A stretch of DNA of 64,000 nt. It comes from Eukaryota sp. TZLM1-RC. Taxonomy: Eukaryota; Protista; Metamonada: BaSk clade. A model generated the notes under the pieces. The model was not told the DNA's origin. It made no database searches and saw only the letters and a program-made list of their open reading frames with translations. The translations under genes were made by a program, and so were the position numbers. Below are positions 61,701 through 64,000 of the stretch, in pieces. The number at the start of each line of letters is the position of its first letter. The first letter of the stretch is position 1. The stretch lies in NCBI GenBank assembly GCA_040285825.1, contig JAUPSS010000001.1:1364001-1428000 (forward strand). Reading direction: 5' to 3'.

Positions 61701-64000
61701 GGTTCAATTTGGTTATTTGACGTAATTTCTACATTATTAAAAGCAACATTTGAATTAAAGCCATCAATGATTTGGTTATTGGAATTAATTACTACATTTT
61801 CCAGTGTTAGAGTGGAATTTTCGATAATCAAAAAAGATGTAAAATCCGATAAATCAAACTCAATATTACTGATATTAAGGTAAGACTGAGCAACACTCAA
61901 TGAAGTTGAAACATTAATACTAATAGCATCTTCATTTGCTCTAAATTCAAAGTCAACTCCAACCAAACCAACATCAAAATTAACTTCATTATATTCACCT
62001 TCTTCAAAATAAACAACACCATAATAACCCATTCTTTCGATTATTTTACTAAGTGTCAAACAAGGAACTGAGGCAGTACCACAACAATCTTCATTAGTTC
62101 CAGAAGGAGAAATAAAAGAAATATGGTTTAAATCTGGAATAATTTCATTAATAGCAGTTAATTGGAACAAATCTTCTGTTACTTCTATAAAAGATTCACA
62201 ATTGATGAGAATCTGGTTGAATTCATATAATTTAGAATTAAAAGTTATTAAATCCACATTAAAGTCTTTTTGTACGGGTTGAAATGAATAATCAACTTCT
62301 AGTAATCCATCTAAATAAACTGTACCATCAACAATTAATTTACCATTATCAGTTTTTTGATTGGTAAATAAAATGGTAGATGAATCACTTAATTGTAAAT
62401 CACCAGTGACTTCTATAATTCCAGATGGTTCTATTGTACCATGGTTAATAAAATCCGACTTAAAATGACCAAATCCTGTGATTGAGTTTCCCTCTTTATT
62501 TTCAATAGAAATTTCAGAACTTACTTGTCCTCCTTCCAGGTTCAAATCACTTTCAAATATTAGTTCAAAGTGATTCATTGCTTTAATTAAACCAGCACTA
62601 ACAACTCTCTTGTCAAAAACAAAACCTCCATTTTGGGCCACCAAAGATCCACTAGAGTGAACAAAAACTTCTATTTCAAAAGTAAAAGAACTTTCAGCAA
62701 TATTTTCCACTGTGCCATTTACTTTGAGTAAAGAATTGTCAAGAGCACTTATTGCAGCTGATTGGGGTGGTTGAATGAAAAAATGATAATCACCAGCATA
62801 AATACTACCAACTTCAAAATCTTTTGTTTCAGCATTAATTGAAGCTTGATGATCACCTTCTTCCCAGCTATATAAAACATTATTAAAATCAATAGCAAAA
62901 CCAATAAATCTTCCACTCCCAATACTGCTTACCCTACCCAGACCTTGGACTTTACCTGGTGCATTCTGATGACTAAAGTCTGTACTTCTGCCCAAAACTT
63001 CACCACAACTATAAACATCACCTTCTTTTGTTAGGAAAATGGTATAAAATTCCCCACAACTCGCTTGAACTACATTATAGTCAGGATAATTTAATACTTT
63101 TTGAGGTGTACTTCTACCAGTTTCATCTCCTAAACAAAGTTGTCCTCTATTATTACCTCCGACTGTCATTAATTCATCATTTTCAGTAACAAATAATGAA
63201 TGATGAAAACAACCAATAACTTTTTCAACTCTTTCAGTAGTAATAACATTCTCGGGGAGGTGTTGATTTGTGGTACTTCCATCACCAAGTCTACTATTAC
63301 TGTTATGTCCCCAAGCTTTAACTGTACCATTAGACAACACTGCAAGTGAATGAGCAAACCCAGCACTAATATCAACTACATTTTCCAATATACTAATATG
63401 CTTAGGTTTGGGTTGATCATCTTCGTCGCCATGTCCAAGCCTACCACTAGTACCTCTACCCCAAGAATAAACAAGATTATCTTGAGTTCTGGTAAGAGAA
63501 AAATATGCTCCAGCTGAAATTTGAACAACGTTATCTAAATTAACTGGTTGTGGAAAATTGTATAATTCAGACTCTGAATCCAATCCTAACTCTCCATCTA
63601 TGTTTCGTCCCCAAGCAAATAGGATACCTTCACTAGTGATGCCTAATGTATGTGAGAAACCACCAGCAATTGAACTAAATTCTTCATCAGTAATGACAGT
63701 AAATAGTGAATGTCGATTATAAGTATGACCCGTACCAGTTCTGCCATTTCTTCCATCACCCCAAGCCCGCAGATCATAAGCTTTCGAGCCATTTACAATT
63801 AATGTGACTTTTTCACTTACAGAAATAACAGACTGTGTGACCTGAATTTGACCAGAAAGTGTACCACGATTGAGCACAGTAAAATTTACATTGTTCAGCT
63901 CAGCGTTGCCAAATAAATCAAAGTCAAAAACATCAAAAATACCTACATAGTGGTCGGCCAAACCTATAAAACTATCCATAATCGTAGCCTTACCTTTAAC
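55763..64000 (-). CDS. giant intronless multi-pass surface protein (>2738 aa; 5' end beyond window): RCC1 repeats, beta-helix-like region, IPT/TIG-like domains, Cys-rich repeats, C-terminal TM bundle
   Basis: About 6-7 RCC1 repeats (ISAG..HSL...G.V..WG), ISPSG..DCCG...PCLT motif, C.PCP.GYY repeats, several hydrophobic C-terminal segments; frame open to the window end. Confidence 0.9.
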   Translation of the reverse strand, partial: VKGKATIMDSFIGLADHYVGIFDVFDFDLFGNAELNNVNFTVLNRGTLSGQIQVTQSVISVSEKVTLIVNGSKAYDLRAWGDGRNGRTGTGHTYNRHSLFTVITDEEFSSIAGGFSHTLGITSEGILFAWGRNIDGELGLDSESELYNFPQPVNLDNVVQISAGAYFSLTRTQDNLVYSWGRGTSGRLGHGDEDDQPKPKHISILENVVDISAGFAHSLAVLSNGTVKAWGHNSNSRLGDGSTTNQHLPENVITTERVEKVIGCFHHSLFVTENDELMTVGGNNRGQLCLGDETGRSTPQKVLNYPDYNVVQASCGEFYTIFLTKEGDVYSCGEVLGRSTDFSHQNAPGKVQGLGRVSSIGSGRFIGFAIDFNNVLYSWEEGDHQASINAETKDFEVGSIYAGDYHFFIQPPQSAAISALDNSLLKVNGTVENIAESSFTFEIEVFVHSSGSLVAQNGGFVFDKRVVSAGLIKAMNHFELIFESDLNLEGGQVSSEISIENKEGNSITGFGHFKSDFINHGTIEPSGIIEVTGDLQLSDSSTILFTNQKTDNGKLIVDGTVYLDGLLEVDYSFQPVQKDFNVDLITFNSKLYEFNQILINCESFIEVTEDLFQLTAINEIIPDLNHISFISPSGTNEDCCGTASVPCLTLSKIIERMGYYGVVYFEEGEYNEVNFDVGLVGVDFEFRANEDAISINVSTSLSVAQSYLNISNIEFDLSDFTSFLIIENSTLTLENVVINSNNQIIDGFNSNVAFNNVEITSNNQIEPFIDLYLCQFTGLNSILLGEGISLYFNLSVIQMTNFLIEGQVYPSDNVLFVENSKMDLTDIKFSIDSIYFGDFNPSIIFTTNSSISISNSFVVYSDLILLEAITSEVVFNSLNVSNCQSSLFINTTLSSVELNNVIVNHSKGQFLLAQHTSEVVFRNVTFEKVTSDSPLIEVIDSNFFSVDFDVCNCEVHSLLDSLKSNIELIKTYLTNLTLTSGNLLNIDQSFLELTQLEMVGYTFDGIPNVFTCNQQNYLISFINSTFTIIQSDLIGCLVDTMFYFDLNFKDSTAYFLNFLDYLALTRLLLLNSTIELNTNLSVLVRSIELDENSSISGKDKYLDLELMIGELSTINECVGTREWQIGFNFSFAELIEDFVLIHEYNSASKNIFSSVDFLLISFKDNYAPNSSLDYFAVHFSSPIIQFFRTTVLQMCSPQLTLPPTPTQGKELIVNGTNLGHDLLLFSSSTINFIPDSPINHETIAVIVPPGAGCHDVEIKRGLDNIVVFMTFCFQSPSIDFAKQNPYKLEEFVVIYGNNFFDSPDLVEVELQNSTFLYSLTSINHTVIVLKIENICNLSFSNVPIVITIGGQVSNTYQLGINFPTYITSSHLLNPFDEDISLTLNQDLTFNTLSQCNDIEVVGNVPLNWTIAGPTEFELNFDLAGVDTLQLLVQLSKNFVKLIEVPVVDFYVLPTDYICITHQICIIKVCVLFDNVDLHDYFPIGDGTVLITDYEFDESGCMLINLVVKRESNEASFQLCSESLCNTLQGLPKVVTIDSLSPSLVQWEYKTTDVSITLTGENIDFYNSSLWEHSFLFGGKVIDFSIQGPTSVSFTYGFTSMGNQSLQYIGFGSVVELFTINCDDFLVIVPFYFFQSELIIYSRFSQSYLELSYGNEILQISAGENSLITQKEGNSLFLNSRTVSEMIELGHILRVIKVNVSYNCSITFPHSDTYFEINSLSKCFVKYSSTDTQIELEVFGSEVGVCVIELVVSYHESTVTKEMVFQIVEPPKLELLGNSYLLKSDNITLTALIESGFSSFNDYSLAIDNKYLAYRLTSFVENLTYYVQTIEVILTPGNLNLTKPVTFFNLELHSDLFGTMLVAELQIFDVELFSNSTVSFFEPRDVVMETYAEIKPPLHCVIQSKSFDIIIDGLNLICKNVIISTYKEFVKVSIYYFDLEIGSLELTSEPFFVDHCFVPDHVSHVHYTDLFVNKQPLIHLFDKTRCCLVATGNCYSSFKVGEKFTIQFTETYQITSITLTTNSSCSNSVQNSPIRLGNSTNDLWNCESLLNGFDDALMCSIEVDFSNVTSISFEILEDLLLFEVEIYGYKTNKCLRPIDDFLGITPSGDFLFIGGYYEFAGEMFEMFGSIYKLLDNTILSEVITEPFTVNYSFSSSDCYYSTSMLSALIEPQKPQSIILVNDTITMISNSFILKLQCRDSNNLMVNCFDSGQSNLFNFTSFSYNHYYIQSFNSIKFDIQGVYPGNHSIHFGIADKSKLNFLLLQEFKKELLVNLLQINHCNRFNLFYSSCVLITLELTLNTQDLLVNYTQSLSLYEVDLSHDLMITHYVSSFNELEVTGLPLGETEILFSHQSTLASAMFTLNDCDPTRINLNNECHCKPGTVLGPVGECEPCPLGYYLDNPLLGQCINCPQDKITKSFGTSNISECVCPKSEFDDGEGCIKCPKFSTCEYGDLAIVSNGYKFTLETGAIACPYRYSCRNNQCRFNTKGIDCTECIDGTKRYGFICIGASAFTFIISVAFNLVFAFLLILSEHYLRFSNHFYYKILKQFTLPSLPLTTARSLVRSKGQIICPLRLLMVLSVVINGNLLLITVPFSLSASLFGNRFGFLLLIFCFIVNHFFCRKVLRHNFPFKDSYYCHFCLFTGFIGIYSKLIEIKLDIEMLLLFGVSVYCFILICKKQKDNDRFRSLIVAIFLLILLYLPYTIQLITQAIVFLVLTFYSGDQNRYVSYIGSFYSSLLLILHVFYS

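Overview
AT-rich eukaryotic (protist-like) genomic DNA, standard genetic code, very rich in transposable elements. Host genes I can support: RPL4 and NAC-alpha (each with one ultra-short GTAT...AAG intron, 31 and 28 nt), a Ser/Thr kinase interrupted by one in-frame stop, a coiled-coil/C1q-like protein, a FERM (talin-head-like) coiled-coil protein, a >2738-aa RCC1/beta-helix/Cys-rich multi-pass surface protein, a tRNA-Gln(TTG), and LRR and RCC1 pseudogenes. Mobile DNA: three Ty3/gypsy LTR families with short LTRs (155, 81 and ~142 bp; 4-bp TSDs seen on two solo LTRs), many CRE-like RLE-type non-LTR retrotransposon copies, and hAT, MULE and IS630/Tc1 relics. The most unusual system is the LTR group. 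Two families with unrelated LTRs carry the same 13-mer ATAATTATTGGCC exactly where a tRNA primer-binding site should be, completing a perfect palindrome CAATAATTATTG across the LTR end. One family has an 81-bp LTR and an extra 466-aa ORF joined in frame to gag-pol by a single TAG. Another occurs as a gag-only mini-element, and the third as a head-to-tail pol+LTR tandem. Many frameshifts fall in homopolymers and probably reflect long-read errors. All family assignments come from motifs read by eye, not from database searches.
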